From a bacterium (lineage in GTDB: Bacteria > SM23-81 > DAOVCL01): DNA of 64,000 nucleotides. Below the pieces are notes generated by a model, which did not search any database, was not told the origin of the DNA, and saw nothing but the letters and a program-made list of their open reading frames with translations. The stretch lies in the NCBI GenBank assembly GCA_029932675.1, contig JAOZPP010000004.1:12157-76156 (forward strand). The letters run 5' to 3'. Shown one piece after another: positions 1 to 9,698 of this stretch (the first letter of the stretch is position 1; each line of letters starts with the position of its first letter). A program made the translations under genes and the position numbers.

Positions 1-92
1 AGGGAATCGGAGATGTTCCTTTCGGTGAGCTTTCCCCTACCGAGTATCTTCTTGAAGGCCCCATTTAGCCTATCCCTAAGCTCCTCAAACAT
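1..92 (-). CDS. ffh: signal recognition particle protein Ffh, first ~30 codons only (gene runs off the left edge)
   Basis: The reverse complement of 1-92 reads [31 protein letters not shown]. This is the canonical Ffh N-terminus (E. coli: MFDNLTDRLSRTLRNISGRGRLTEDNV). It is open-ended, so it is absent from the ORF track. The ATG (92-90) overlaps the upstream gene's stop at 85-87. Confidence 0.6.
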   Translation of the reverse strand, partial: MFEELRDRLNGAFKKILGRGKLTERNISDS

Positions 93-579
93 ATCTCTTC
101 CTCAGGTGAGCTAATAAACCACCATCCCTTAGTATGCCCATCACAAATTGGGGAAAAGGGGGGAAATCGAAGACAGAGCCCTCTAAGGTTATCCTATGGG
201 CCTTCAAATCGACCTCAATCCTTTCTCCCCCTTGGGTAACCCTCACCAGCTCAGGGAGCACGATGGCGGGGAGCCCTTGGTTTATGGCATTGCGGTAAAA
301 GATGCGGGAGAATGATATGGCAACAACAGCCCCCACCCCTGCGGCGACGAGACAGGTAGCTGCCTGTTCTCTGGAACTGCCACAGCCGAAGTTTCTTCCG
401 GCCACAATCACATCCCCCTTCTTCACCCTTTGAACAAAATTAGGGTCTAAATCCTCCAGCGCATGCTTGGCCATCTCTCGGGGATCCTTCAGCGTATAGG
501 TGTATTTCCCAGGGAAGATGACATCTGTGTTTACATCGTCACCATACTTAAATACCCTACCTCTAATGATTTCCTCCAT
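85..579 (-). CDS. leuD: aconitase-family dehydratase small subunit (3-isopropylmalate dehydratase / homoaconitase LeuD type)
   Basis: ORF 85..642(-) shows [20 protein letters not shown] and GCGSSREQA motifs. The start is moved to ATG 579 (MEEII..), which has GAGGAGGG just upstream. Confidence 0.85.
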   Translation of the reverse strand: MEEIIRGRVFKYGDDVNTDVIFPGKYTYTLKDPREMAKHALEDLDPNFVQRVKKGDVIVAGRNFGCGSSREQAATCLVAAGVGAVVAISFSRIFYRNAINQGLPAIVLPELVRVTQGGERIEVDLKAHRITLEGSVFDFPPFPQFVMGILRDGGLLAHLRKRYV

Positions 580-689
580 ATCCCTCCTCAAGGAAAGAAC
601 AAGTGAAATGTGAACCGCTCGAGGGACCACTGCCCGGAGCAAACGAATTTGTCATCACTTTCCAGCAGTTCCATCTCTTCGCTTAGCTA

Positions 690-1949
690 TTATCCGAGAA
701 ACTTCCTTGGATCGGTTATCCTCCCCTCCACTGCAGAGGCGGCGGCAGTGGCTGGACTGGAAAGATAGATCTCCGCCTCCTTACAACCCATCCTCCCTTG
801 AAAGTTGCGGTTGGCAGTGGAGAGACAGACCTCCCCAGGCGCCAATGCCCCTTCATGGGCCCCTAAACAGGGGCCACATCCCGGATTCATAACCAGGGCT
901 CCACTTTCCACCAAGGCCTCAACTATCCCCCCTTTCAGGGCCTCTTTGTAGACCTTCCAAGAGGCAGGGAAGATAAGGAGCCTCGTCCCCTTTTTAACCT
1001 TTCTCCCCTGGAGGATGTGGGCGGCAACCTCAAGATCCTCTATCCTCCCATTAGTGCAGGTACCAATGAGAACTTGATCTAATGGCTTCCCCTCTAATTC
1101 CTCTATAGATCGCACATTATCCACAGTGTGGGGACAGGCTACCTGGGGACTTAAATGGGAGATATCGTAGGTATAGACCTTGGCATAGTGGGCATCTGGA
1201 TCAGCAGAGATGGATTCATATTCCCCTTTAGCCTTTCCCTTGAGCCAATCTTTTAGTTTATCATCTGGTTCAACTACCCCATTCTTTGCTCCCATCTCGG
1301 CTGCCATATTGCAGAGCACCATCCGGTCGGAGATCCCCATCTCTCTCACGGCCTCCCCAGCAAACTCCACTGAATGGTAAAGGGCTCCATCTGCCTTTAG
1401 ATCACCGATTATGTGGAGGATCACATCCTTGGAGTAGACGCCTAAGGGGAGGGTCCCCTCTATATTGATCCGGATGCTCTCTGGGACCCTGAGCCATATC
1501 TCGCCTGAAGCCCAGATGGCTGCCATCTCTGAGCGACCAATGCCCGTAGAGAAGGCCCCAAACGCCCCATAGGTAGTGGTGTGAGAATCTGCTCCCAAGA
1601 TGAGCTGGCCAGGAAAGGCAAAACCCTCTTCAGAGAAGACTTGATGACATATCCCCCAGTGGAGATCAAAGAAGTTGGTAATCCCCTGATCTTTCACGAA
1701 CTCCCTAATTACCTTATGGTTTGTGGCATAGCGATAGTCTGCTGCCGGAACACAGTGGTCTAAAACAATGACGATCTTCTCCCTGTCCCAGACCCTCCCA
1801 GCTCCCAGGGAGGTAAACTTCTGGGAGATGTCCGCAGAATTGTCGTGGGAAAGCACCCTATCCGGGGAAAGGGTCAATATATCTCCAGGAAGGACTTTCT
1901 TTCTCTTCCCCTTCTTGGCAAATATCTTTTGGGCAAATGTCTGGCTCAT
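690..1949 (-). CDS. leuC: aconitase-family dehydratase large subunit (LeuC/HacA type)
   Basis: 419-aa ORF with GADSHT, GTCTNGR and CGPCLG (Fe-S ligand) motifs, directly upstream of the small subunit. Confidence 0.9.
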   Translation of the reverse strand: MSQTFAQKIFAKKGKRKKVLPGDILTLSPDRVLSHDNSADISQKFTSLGAGRVWDREKIVIVLDHCVPAADYRYATNHKVIREFVKDQGITNFFDLHWGICHQVFSEEGFAFPGQLILGADSHTTTYGAFGAFSTGIGRSEMAAIWASGEIWLRVPESIRINIEGTLPLGVYSKDVILHIIGDLKADGALYHSVEFAGEAVREMGISDRMVLCNMAAEMGAKNGVVEPDDKLKDWLKGKAKGEYESISADPDAHYAKVYTYDISHLSPQVACPHTVDNVRSIEELEGKPLDQVLIGTCTNGRIEDLEVAAHILQGRKVKKGTRLLIFPASWKVYKEALKGGIVEALVESGALVMNPGCGPCLGAHEGALAPGEVCLSTANRNFQGRMGCKEAEIYLSSPATAAASAVEGRITDPRKFLG

Positions 1950-3265
1950 CTCCCCACCTCCTTCTGGAGGAGGGGAACTATCCTCTTCGCCTCCTGTTTA
2001 ACCCCATCCTCCTCAATATTGAGAACCCTTCCCCCTTGGTAGAGCACCTCCCCCCCCACTATGACCACTTCCACCTCAGAAGATTGAGTTGCATAGACCA
2101 ATGTAGAGAAGATCTCTTCAGGGGAAAGGAGGTGGTTAGGGTTAAGGACTACCAGATCGGCCATTTTCCCTTCCTCAATCGATCCTATCTCCCTCTCCAA
2201 CCCCAAAGCCTCAGCTCCCCCCAAAGTAGCCATCCGAAAAGCTTCCTCAGCCCCTAATGCTTGAGGACCCTCTATTACCTTCTGCAAAAGGGCGGCCAAC
2301 CGCAGTTCCCAAAAGCCATCCAGGCTATTGTTACAGGCAGCTCCATCTGCACCAATGGAGATAGAGATCCCCTTTGCCTTCATCTGACAGATACGGGCAA
2401 TCCCTGAGCCAAGCTTTAGATTTGAGGATGGACAATGGAGGACCCTGGTCTTCGTGCGGGCCAGAATATCCATCTCCCCCTCATCAAGCCAGATGCAATG
2501 GGCCAAAAGTAACCTCTCTCCAGTAAGGCCAAGCTTATCCAAATATTCTATCTCCCCCATTCCCTTAGCCCTCCCCACTGACTCTATCTCCTCCCTGGTT
2601 TCCGCAGCATGGGTATGGATGAGGATCCCCTTCTCCCTCGATTCCTCCCCCACTTTCTCTAAGAGGTTCTCTGAACAAGAAGGGGCAAACCGGGGAGCAA
2701 AGCAGCCCCTCAGCCTCCCCTCCCCCCTTCCCCTCCACTCCTCCCAAAGCTTAAGGCTCTCCTCCAAGGACTCTTCGGCGGTTTCCCTCAATCCTTCTGG
2801 AAGGTTATCCCCCGCGTCCATCATTGCCTTGCCGATCACCGCCCTAATGCCTGATTCCTCCGCTGCCTTGAAGGTCATCTCAGTGTGCCTTACCGTCTCC
2901 ATAGTTAAGATAGTTGTCGTCCCCCCGCGGATTAACTCTATTAACCCCAACAGTGCGGAGATGTAGACAGAATCGGGGAAGTGGGCCGCTTCCAGTGGCC
3001 ATATCCTCTTCTGCAACCACTGAGAGAGGGGAAGTTCCTCGGCCATCCCGCGGAAGATCGTCTGACAGAGGTGGATGTGGGTCTGCACCAACCCAGGGAT
3101 GACAACCTTGCCCTGGACATCCAAGACCTTCATCTCTGAGGAGGGAGCTATCTCCCCTATACTGGCGATCCTTCCGTCCTTGATAAAGAGATCCCCTTCT
3201 ATTACCCCCCTGGGGCCCATCGTCACCAGAAGGCCCCCTCTAATCAAAATGGGAACAGAGTTCAT
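1946..3265 (-). CDS. metal-dependent amidohydrolase, MtaD/chlorohydrolase-like deaminase
   Basis: 439-aa ORF with amidohydrolase motifs PGLVQTHIHL, HTHAAET and GADGAACNN. It overlaps the leuC-like start by 4 nt. Confidence 0.75.
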   Translation of the reverse strand: MNSVPILIRGGLLVTMGPRGVIEGDLFIKDGRIASIGEIAPSSEMKVLDVQGKVVIPGLVQTHIHLCQTIFRGMAEELPLSQWLQKRIWPLEAAHFPDSVYISALLGLIELIRGGTTTILTMETVRHTEMTFKAAEESGIRAVIGKAMMDAGDNLPEGLRETAEESLEESLKLWEEWRGRGEGRLRGCFAPRFAPSCSENLLEKVGEESREKGILIHTHAAETREEIESVGRAKGMGEIEYLDKLGLTGERLLLAHCIWLDEGEMDILARTKTRVLHCPSSNLKLGSGIARICQMKAKGISISIGADGAACNNSLDGFWELRLAALLQKVIEGPQALGAEEAFRMATLGGAEALGLEREIGSIEEGKMADLVVLNPNHLLSPEEIFSTLVYATQSSEVEVVIVGGEVLYQGGRVLNIEEDGVKQEAKRIVPLLQKEVGR

Positions 3266-3320
3266 CTTTTAACCATCCCTTCCATACCCTCCTCTTTGCC
3301 GGGGGTACAACATCCTCTCA

Positions 3321-3351
3321 CGTTTCGGAGTTTCTCAGAAATTCCGAAACG
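3321..3351. promoter_or_regulatory. 31-bp near-perfect palindrome CGTTTCGGAGTTTCT-C-AGAAATTCCGAAACG (copy A)
   Basis: 15-nt arms with one mismatch, 56 bp upstream of the amidohydrolase start. The same core recurs at 8771..8803. Confidence 0.6.
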
Positions 3352-3482
3352 CATAAATATCAGCATAACAGCAGTAAATTCGATAGCTTCAGCCCAAAAT
3401 ATACCCCCTGTCGGGGAGGAAGTCAAGGCAAAAGGGGATAAACTACCCTCTGCGGTTCCCAAATTGCTTCAGCCAAAGGGGG

Positions 3483-3518
3483 TAGCTCGTTAGGCTCGCT
3501 AAATTCTCCAGAGGGGCC
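3483..3518. repeat. about 35-bp block shared in inverted orientation with 8896..8930
   Basis: The reverse complement, GGCCCCTCTGGAGAATTTAGCGAGCCTAACGAGCTA, aligns with GGCCCTCTGGAGAAGTTAGCAACCGAAGGGAGCTA at 8896..8930. Confidence 0.5.
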
Positions 3519-3582
3519 ATCCCTCCGGCAAACATCCCCTAACCTTTGGAAATTCCTTAAAAATTCCAAAAGTTTAAATAGC

Positions 3583-3611
3583 TTGACATTTGGGTAAAAA
3601 AGGTGTATCTT
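3583..3611 (+). promoter_or_regulatory. sigma-70-like promoter TTGACA-17-TATCTT
   Basis: TTGACA at 3583-3588, a 17-nt spacer, and TATCTT at 3606-3611. The first in-frame ATG (3620) lies only 8 nt past the -10 element. Confidence 0.4.
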
Positions 3612-5104
3612 TAGTGCCTATGAAAATACTTCTTCTCTATCCCAAATATCCTGATACCTTCTGGAGCTTTAAACACGCCCTCCGATTTATCTCCAAGAAG
3701 GCATCCTTCCCCCCTTTGGGGCTCCTCACTGTTGCTGCCCTACTCCCCCAAGGGTGGGAGAAAAGATTGGTAGACATGAACGTAAGTGCTTTAAGCGATA
3801 GCGATCTAAAATGGGCCGATTATGTCTTTATTAGCGCTATGTCTGTACAGAAGGAATCGGTAAAAGGGCTTATCTCCAGGTGTAAAAACTTAGGGGTCAA
3901 AATGGTCGCTGGCGGTCCCCTTTTTACTACTGGATGGGAGGATTTTGCGGCGGAGATAGACCATTTCGTGCTCAATGAAGCGGAAACCACCCTTCCCTTA
4001 TTTTTAAAGGACCTGAAAGATGGCAAATTGAAAAAGGTTTATACTACCCAAGAGTTCCCTGATATAACAAAAACCCCCATCCCCCTTTGGGATCTGATAG
4101 ATATGAAAAAGTATGCCTCGATGAATATCCAATATTCGAGGGGCTGTCCTTTCAACTGTGAGTTCTGTGATATCATCATCCTAAATGGACACAAACCAAG
4201 GGTTAAAGAAAGGGATCAGATCTTGGCTGAGTTGGATGCACTCTATAATCAAGGGTGGAGGGAAGGGGTGTTCTTCGTCGATGACAATTTTATTGGGAAC
4301 AAGAGGAAGCTAAAAGGAGAGATCTTGCCCGCTCTCATCGAATGGATGGATAAACATAAACATCCCTTCTCCTTCAACACGGAGGCCTCTATAGACCTCT
4401 CCGACGATGAGGAGTTGATGAGGCTTATGGTGAGGGCTGGGTTCAACACGGTATTTGTGGGGATAGAGACGCCAGACGAGGAGAGCTTGGCTGAATGCGG
4501 CAAATTTCAGAACAGAAACCGAGATCTGGTAGCCTCAGTGAAGAAGATGCAAAGTTATGGCTTAGAGGTACAAGGGGGATTTATCGTTGGCTTTGATAAC
4601 GATTCCCCCTCCATATTTCAACGCCAGATCAGTTTCATCCAGAAAAGTGGGATAGTTACGGCGATGGTCGGCCTGCTCAACGCCCCGCGGGGGACAAGGC
4701 TCTACCAGAGGTTAAAGAGGGAAAACCGCCTCTTGAAGGACATCTCTGGTGACAATATGGACTATTCGCTCAATTTCATCCCCAGGATGAACCGCGAACT
4801 ACTGATCAATGGATACAAAAGTGTACTGCATACAATCTATTCCCATAAGGGATATTACGAAAGGATTAGAACGTTCCTAACGGAATTTAAACCTTCCCCA
4901 GGAAAGGGGTTCAAGCTCCGTTTTTCCCACCTGAAGGCATTTCTCAGATCTATCTGGGTCTTAGGCTTAGACGGGGAGGAAAGAAAATATTATTGGAAAC
5001 TCCTCACCTGGTGCCTCCTCAAACGTCCGCGACTCTTCCCCTTGGCTATAACCTTCTCCATCTATGGATTTCATTTCCGGAGGGTAATCACAAACACCCT
5101 ATAG
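3590..5104 (+). CDS. B12-binding domain radical SAM protein (DUF4070-type C-terminus)
   Basis: 504-aa ORF with an N-terminal cobalamin-binding-like region and a CPFNCEFCD radical-SAM cysteine triad. The true start is probably ATG 3620 (MKILLLYPKYP) or GTG 3614. Confidence 0.85.
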   Translation: MGKKGVSLVPMKILLLYPKYPDTFWSFKHALRFISKKASFPPLGLLTVAALLPQGWEKRLVDMNVSALSDSDLKWADYVFISAMSVQKESVKGLISRCKNLGVKMVAGGPLFTTGWEDFAAEIDHFVLNEAETTLPLFLKDLKDGKLKKVYTTQEFPDITKTPIPLWDLIDMKKYASMNIQYSRGCPFNCEFCDIIILNGHKPRVKERDQILAELDALYNQGWREGVFFVDDNFIGNKRKLKGEILPALIEWMDKHKHPFSFNTEASIDLSDDEELMRLMVRAGFNTVFVGIETPDEESLAECGKFQNRNRDLVASVKKMQSYGLEVQGGFIVGFDNDSPSIFQRQISFIQKSGIVTAMVGLLNAPRGTRLYQRLKRENRLLKDISGDNMDYSLNFIPRMNRELLINGYKSVLHTIYSHKGYYERIRTFLTEFKPSPGKGFKLRFSHLKAFLRSIWVLGLDGEERKYYWKLLTWCLLKRPRLFPLAITFSIYGFHFRRVITNTL

Positions 5105-5153
5105 GATGGGAGTAAGACCGTAATCCATTGCTCACCTCAGCAAGGGAGGAAAG

Positions 5154-5573
5154 GTGTTCAAGAAGATACTGGTAGCCACCGATGGTTCATCCTATGCCCT
5201 AAAGGGAGCCCGATTAGCTGCTCAATTGGCTAGAGAGTGGAAAGCCCAGGTTCTCCTGGTGACTGTGGCTAACCTTCCAGCGATGTACGAGGTGGACCTC
5301 AAGCCCGACTTCATAAATATCCTTTTGGAGGATAGTAAGAGGGCCCTCCTGGATACAGAGAGGATCTTCTCGGAGAAGGAGGTAAGATGTGAAAAGAGGT
5401 TGATCAGGGATGGGAAGCCCTCAGAGGTAATTTGTAAACTGGCTGAAGATGAGGGCTGCGACCTCATCGTGTTAGGGACCTTAGGGCTACATAGCCCAGA
5501 CCGCTACGCTTTGGGCAGTCAAACTTACCAGATAATCCACGAAGCCCCCTGCTCTGTCTGGGTCATCAAGTAG
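5154..5573 (+). CDS. universal stress protein (UspA family)
   Basis: 139 aa, with MFKKILVATDGS.. at the N-terminus and ..GSQTYQIIHEAPCSVWVIK at the C-terminus. GTG start preceded by AAGGGAGG. Confidence 0.85.
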   Translation: MFKKILVATDGSSYALKGARLAAQLAREWKAQVLLVTVANLPAMYEVDLKPDFINILLEDSKRALLDTERIFSEKEVRCEKRLIRDGKPSEVICKLAEDEGCDLIVLGTLGLHSPDRYALGSQTYQIIHEAPCSVWVIK

Positions 5574-5605
5574 AGATAGCCCCAGTTATGTATTAAATTG
5601 ATGAG

Positions 5606-5752
5606 GAATTTGCTATTCAGGGGTTCTCTTATCACCCGTAGGGACAGACCTTCAGGTCTGTCCGCTCATTTCGGACCCCACTAAAGCGGAATTCCTAAAG
5701 GGGGGTAGCCATATAGCAGTTGAGGATAAATAGCGACAGTTTATGAACAGAT
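5606..5752. repeat. MITE-like dispersed intergenic repeat, copy 1 (contains hairpin GGACAGACC-TTCA-GGTCTGTCC at 5642..5663)
   Basis: It shares GAATTTGYTATTCAGG..TTATCACCCGTA at one end and GTTGAGGATA..AATAGYGACARTTTATGAAYAGAT at the other with 8976..9093. Confidence 0.6.
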
Positions 5753-5822
5753 AAGCGCCGAAAAGCATTAAGAAATAAGCAATCCTAAGAAAATCCTTCA
5801 TAATTTTATATACTTCGGGTTT

Positions 5823-7847
<2,025 letters not shown>

Positions 7848-7878
7848 CTATTTACCCGGTTCAAAAAAGGGGAGGATA

Positions 7879-8106
7879 TCATCCTCCCCTTCTCCCCCTT
7901 GTGCCTCCCAGAAACTTCTGCCTTATCTTCCTTTCCCGGAGATGAGCATCATGCCTCATCCTCTCCTGGCGGTAATCCTTGAACTTCTCTTTCCTCATCG
8001 ACTCTCTCAGCTCCTCCTTCTCCTTGAACCCCAGTCTCCCCTCCTCAGAAGGAACTCGCTCCTTCTCCTTCTTCCCCTCCCTTTCCCCTTTCTCCTCTGC
8101 AGGCAT
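7879..8106 (-). CDS. small, highly charged Lys/Glu/Arg-rich hypothetical protein
   Basis: 75-aa ORF with a strong SD (GCGAGGAGGGTTT-ATG). It lies 43 nt upstream of ligA on the same strand and has no recognisable family. Confidence 0.4.
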   Translation of the reverse strand: MPAEEKGEREGKKEKERVPSEEGRLGFKEKEELRESMRKEKFKDYRQERMRHDAHLRERKIRQKFLGGTRGRRGG

Positions 8107-8147
8107 AAACCCTCCTCGCTCTAAAAGTTAAAAAATAACCCAGGCTC

Positions 8148-8645
8148 TCAAGAGTGGTATCTCCCTAAAAGCTCTCCCAACCGGTAGTATCCACCCTCAT
8201 GGAGAAGCAAGGGACTCTTCCCCTTGTTCACCTTGATCTCCAGAACCTCCCCCACGAAAAGGGTATGATCACCAGTAGTGAAGCTATCGGCTAACTTACA
8301 CTCCATGGTAGCAAAACATCCAGCAATGAGAGGAGCTCTAATCTTTTGGGGAGGTTCAACGGCGAAAATACCCTTAGAGAATTTGTCCTCCTCCCTCCCG
8401 CTCGTGGTCCCCGCATATTGGGAAAGCTCCACTTGCTCGGTGGAGAGTATGTTCAGGCCAAATTCCCTGCTCCTCTCCAAGAACTGGTGGGTGTATCTGA
8501 GGGGGGAGATGGCCACCCCAACCAAAGGAGGATTGGAGGAGAGAGGGATCACCCAAGCTGCAGTCATCAGATTTCTTTCCCTCTCCCATTCCACACTAAT
8601 CAAGACCACCGTCTCCGCAAAATATCGACTAAATCGCTCTGACAT
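8148..8645 (-). CDS. flavin reductase-like FMN-binding domain protein
   Basis: 165 aa with the typical flavin-reductase-domain layout (..NLMTAAWVIPLS.NPPLVGVAI..GDHTLFVGEV..). Confidence 0.8.
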   Translation of the reverse strand: MSERFSRYFAETVVLISVEWERERNLMTAAWVIPLSSNPPLVGVAISPLRYTHQFLERSREFGLNILSTEQVELSQYAGTTSGREEDKFSKGIFAVEPPQKIRAPLIAGCFATMECKLADSFTTGDHTLFVGEVLEIKVNKGKSPLLLHEGGYYRLGELLGRYHS

Positions 8646-8770
8646 ATTGGTATAATATTACCAATTTTATCCCTTTCAGTCAAACATTTTTTCTCACTTT
8701 TTGTCCCCAAAGATCGAATACAAATATAGGAGTTCCCCCTCTCCCTATTTTTTAATCCCCCTTTAACTAA

Positions 8771-8803
8771 ACATTTCGGAATTTCTAAGAAATTTCGAAA
8801 TGT
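8771..8803. promoter_or_regulatory. 33-bp near-perfect palindrome ACATTTCGGAATTTCT-A-AGAAATTTCGAAATGT (copy B)
   Basis: 16-nt arms with one mismatch, 126 bp upstream of the flavin reductase start. The core is the same as at 3321..3351. Confidence 0.6.
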
Positions 8804-8810
8804 GGGGGTT

Positions 8811-8838
8811 GATTGAAGGGGGTATGCCCCCTTCAATC
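8811..8838. repeat. perfect 12-bp-stem hairpin GATTGAAGGGGG-TATG-CCCCCTTCAATC
   Basis: Read directly from the sequence. There is no U-tract on either side, so it is not an obvious terminator. It abuts palindrome copy B. Confidence 0.6.
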
Positions 8839-8895
8839 ATGACAGCGAAGCAATCCGAGCTAGCGGAGGATTGCGGAGCGCCATAGGGCCGGTGA

Positions 8896-8930
8896 GGCCC
8901 TCTGGAGAAGTTAGCAACCGAAGGGAGCTA
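8896..8930. repeat. about 35-bp block shared (inverted) with 3483..3518
   Basis: See the feature at 3483..3518. Confidence 0.5.
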
Positions 8931-8975
8931 AGTTCGGACAAGGTCTTCCTATATCCCGAATTATTCATACACGAC

Positions 8976-9093
8976 GAATTTGTTATTCAGGAGCTTCCTT
9001 ATCACCCGTATGTCCGCCCTTTCTAAAGGGGAGTCCTACAAGAGGGCAGCCACAGTGGTTGAGGATATGAATAGTGACAATTTATGAATAGAT
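8976..9093. repeat. MITE-like dispersed intergenic repeat, copy 2
   Basis: It aligns at both ends with 5606..5752 but lacks the 5' arm of the internal hairpin. Confidence 0.6.
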
Positions 9094-9223
9094 CGGGGAC
9101 ATAGTTTTCTCACCACAGAACGAGAAATGGCTTAACCCGCGAAGCTGGTCGCAAGAGAAAGAACCTATTGAGGGTGGTTACCATGTGGGGCCATCAGCAA
9201 CCTCATAAAAAGTAAAAAAATCC

Positions 9224-9420
9224 TTGACTGAGGGAGGGGAATTCCTATCTTTAAATGGGAGACAAACAGGGTTTACCCCATTTGACCTACGGGAGAGTGT
9301 GGCCGAGGGGAGTTAGGGCCCAGAGCCCGGGGTCTGAAGCAAACAACAATACAAGCTGGAGTCTAATAAGTGCGGATAGCCGGGCTGCAAGTTTGAGGTA
9401 GGCCGGCTTTTGTTTTTTGG
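9224..9420 (+). ncRNA. candidate orphan small transcript (promoter-like TTGACT..TATCTT to a T-rich stop)
   Basis: TTGACT at 9224-9229, a 16-nt spacer, and TATCTT at 9246-9251. The region ends in GGCCGGCTTTTGTTTTTT (9401-9418). It contains no ORF and matches no RNA family I recognise. Confidence 0.2.
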
Positions 9421-9440
9421 ATTTTTAGAGGCCTCAGCAG

Positions 9441-9537
9441 GGACAGGGCTTCAGCCCTGTCCTAAGTTTCCTTGAGCCGTCAGAACCCCGATTCTGACGG
9501 CAAAAAGGAAGGGTGGCGGAAGAGGGCTTCTGCCACC
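9441..9537. repeat. cluster of three REP-like GC-rich hairpins
   Basis: The three hairpins are 9441..9462 (GGACAGGGC-TTCA-GCCCTGTCC), 9477..9500 (CCGTCAGAA-CCCCGA-TTCTGACGG) and 9512..9537 (GGTGGCGGAAG-AGGG-CTTCTGCCACC). Relatives occur at 5642, 13293, 13376 and 59576. Confidence 0.7.
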
Positions 9538-9552
9538 TCAAGGGAGGAAATT

Positions 9553-9630
9553 GTGGCAAAGAAAATAGGAAGTGTCCCTATTTTCCGTGGCAAAGAAAAT
9601 AGGAAGTGTCCCTATTTTCCCCTATTTTCC
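9553..9630. repeat. 34-bp tandem direct repeat x2 plus a 10-bp partial third copy; each unit holds the inverted repeat GAAAATAGG-N7-CCTATTTTC
   Basis: 9553..9586 and 9587..9620 are identical (GTGGCAAAGAAAATAGGAAGTGTCCCTATTTTCC). CCTATTTTCC is repeated again at 9621..9630. Confidence 0.85.
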
Positions 9631-9639
9631 CTATGTGGA

Positions 9640-9661
9640 GTCATCAACCAGTCATCAACCA
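9640..9661. repeat. 11-bp tandem repeat GTCATCAACCA x2
   Basis: Read directly from the sequence. Confidence 0.8.
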
Positions 9662-9669
9662 AAAAGTCC

Positions 9670-9698
9670 TTGACAGCAAATGGTGTTAATGTTATATT
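9670..9698 (+). promoter_or_regulatory. sigma-70-like promoter TTGACA-17-TATATT
   Basis: TTGACA at 9670-9675, a 17-nt spacer, and TATATT at 9693-9698, 48 nt upstream of ATG 9746. Confidence 0.5.

Noticed and set aside
9320-9375. tmRNA-like tag region (GCAAACAACAAT...TAATAA reads A-N-N-N.. then stops).
   Set aside because: No reading frame gives a tag ending in the usual hydrophobic ..LAA-type residues directly before the TAATAA stops. There is no tRNA-like acceptor or T-arm (no GGTTCGA..CCA) nearby, and the interval is far too short for ssrA.
9553-9630. Possible CRISPR array, because of identical 34-bp repeats.
   Set aside because: There are only 2.3 copies and they are directly abutting with no spacers. 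No cas genes are in the window. It is better explained as tandem operator/UAS units.
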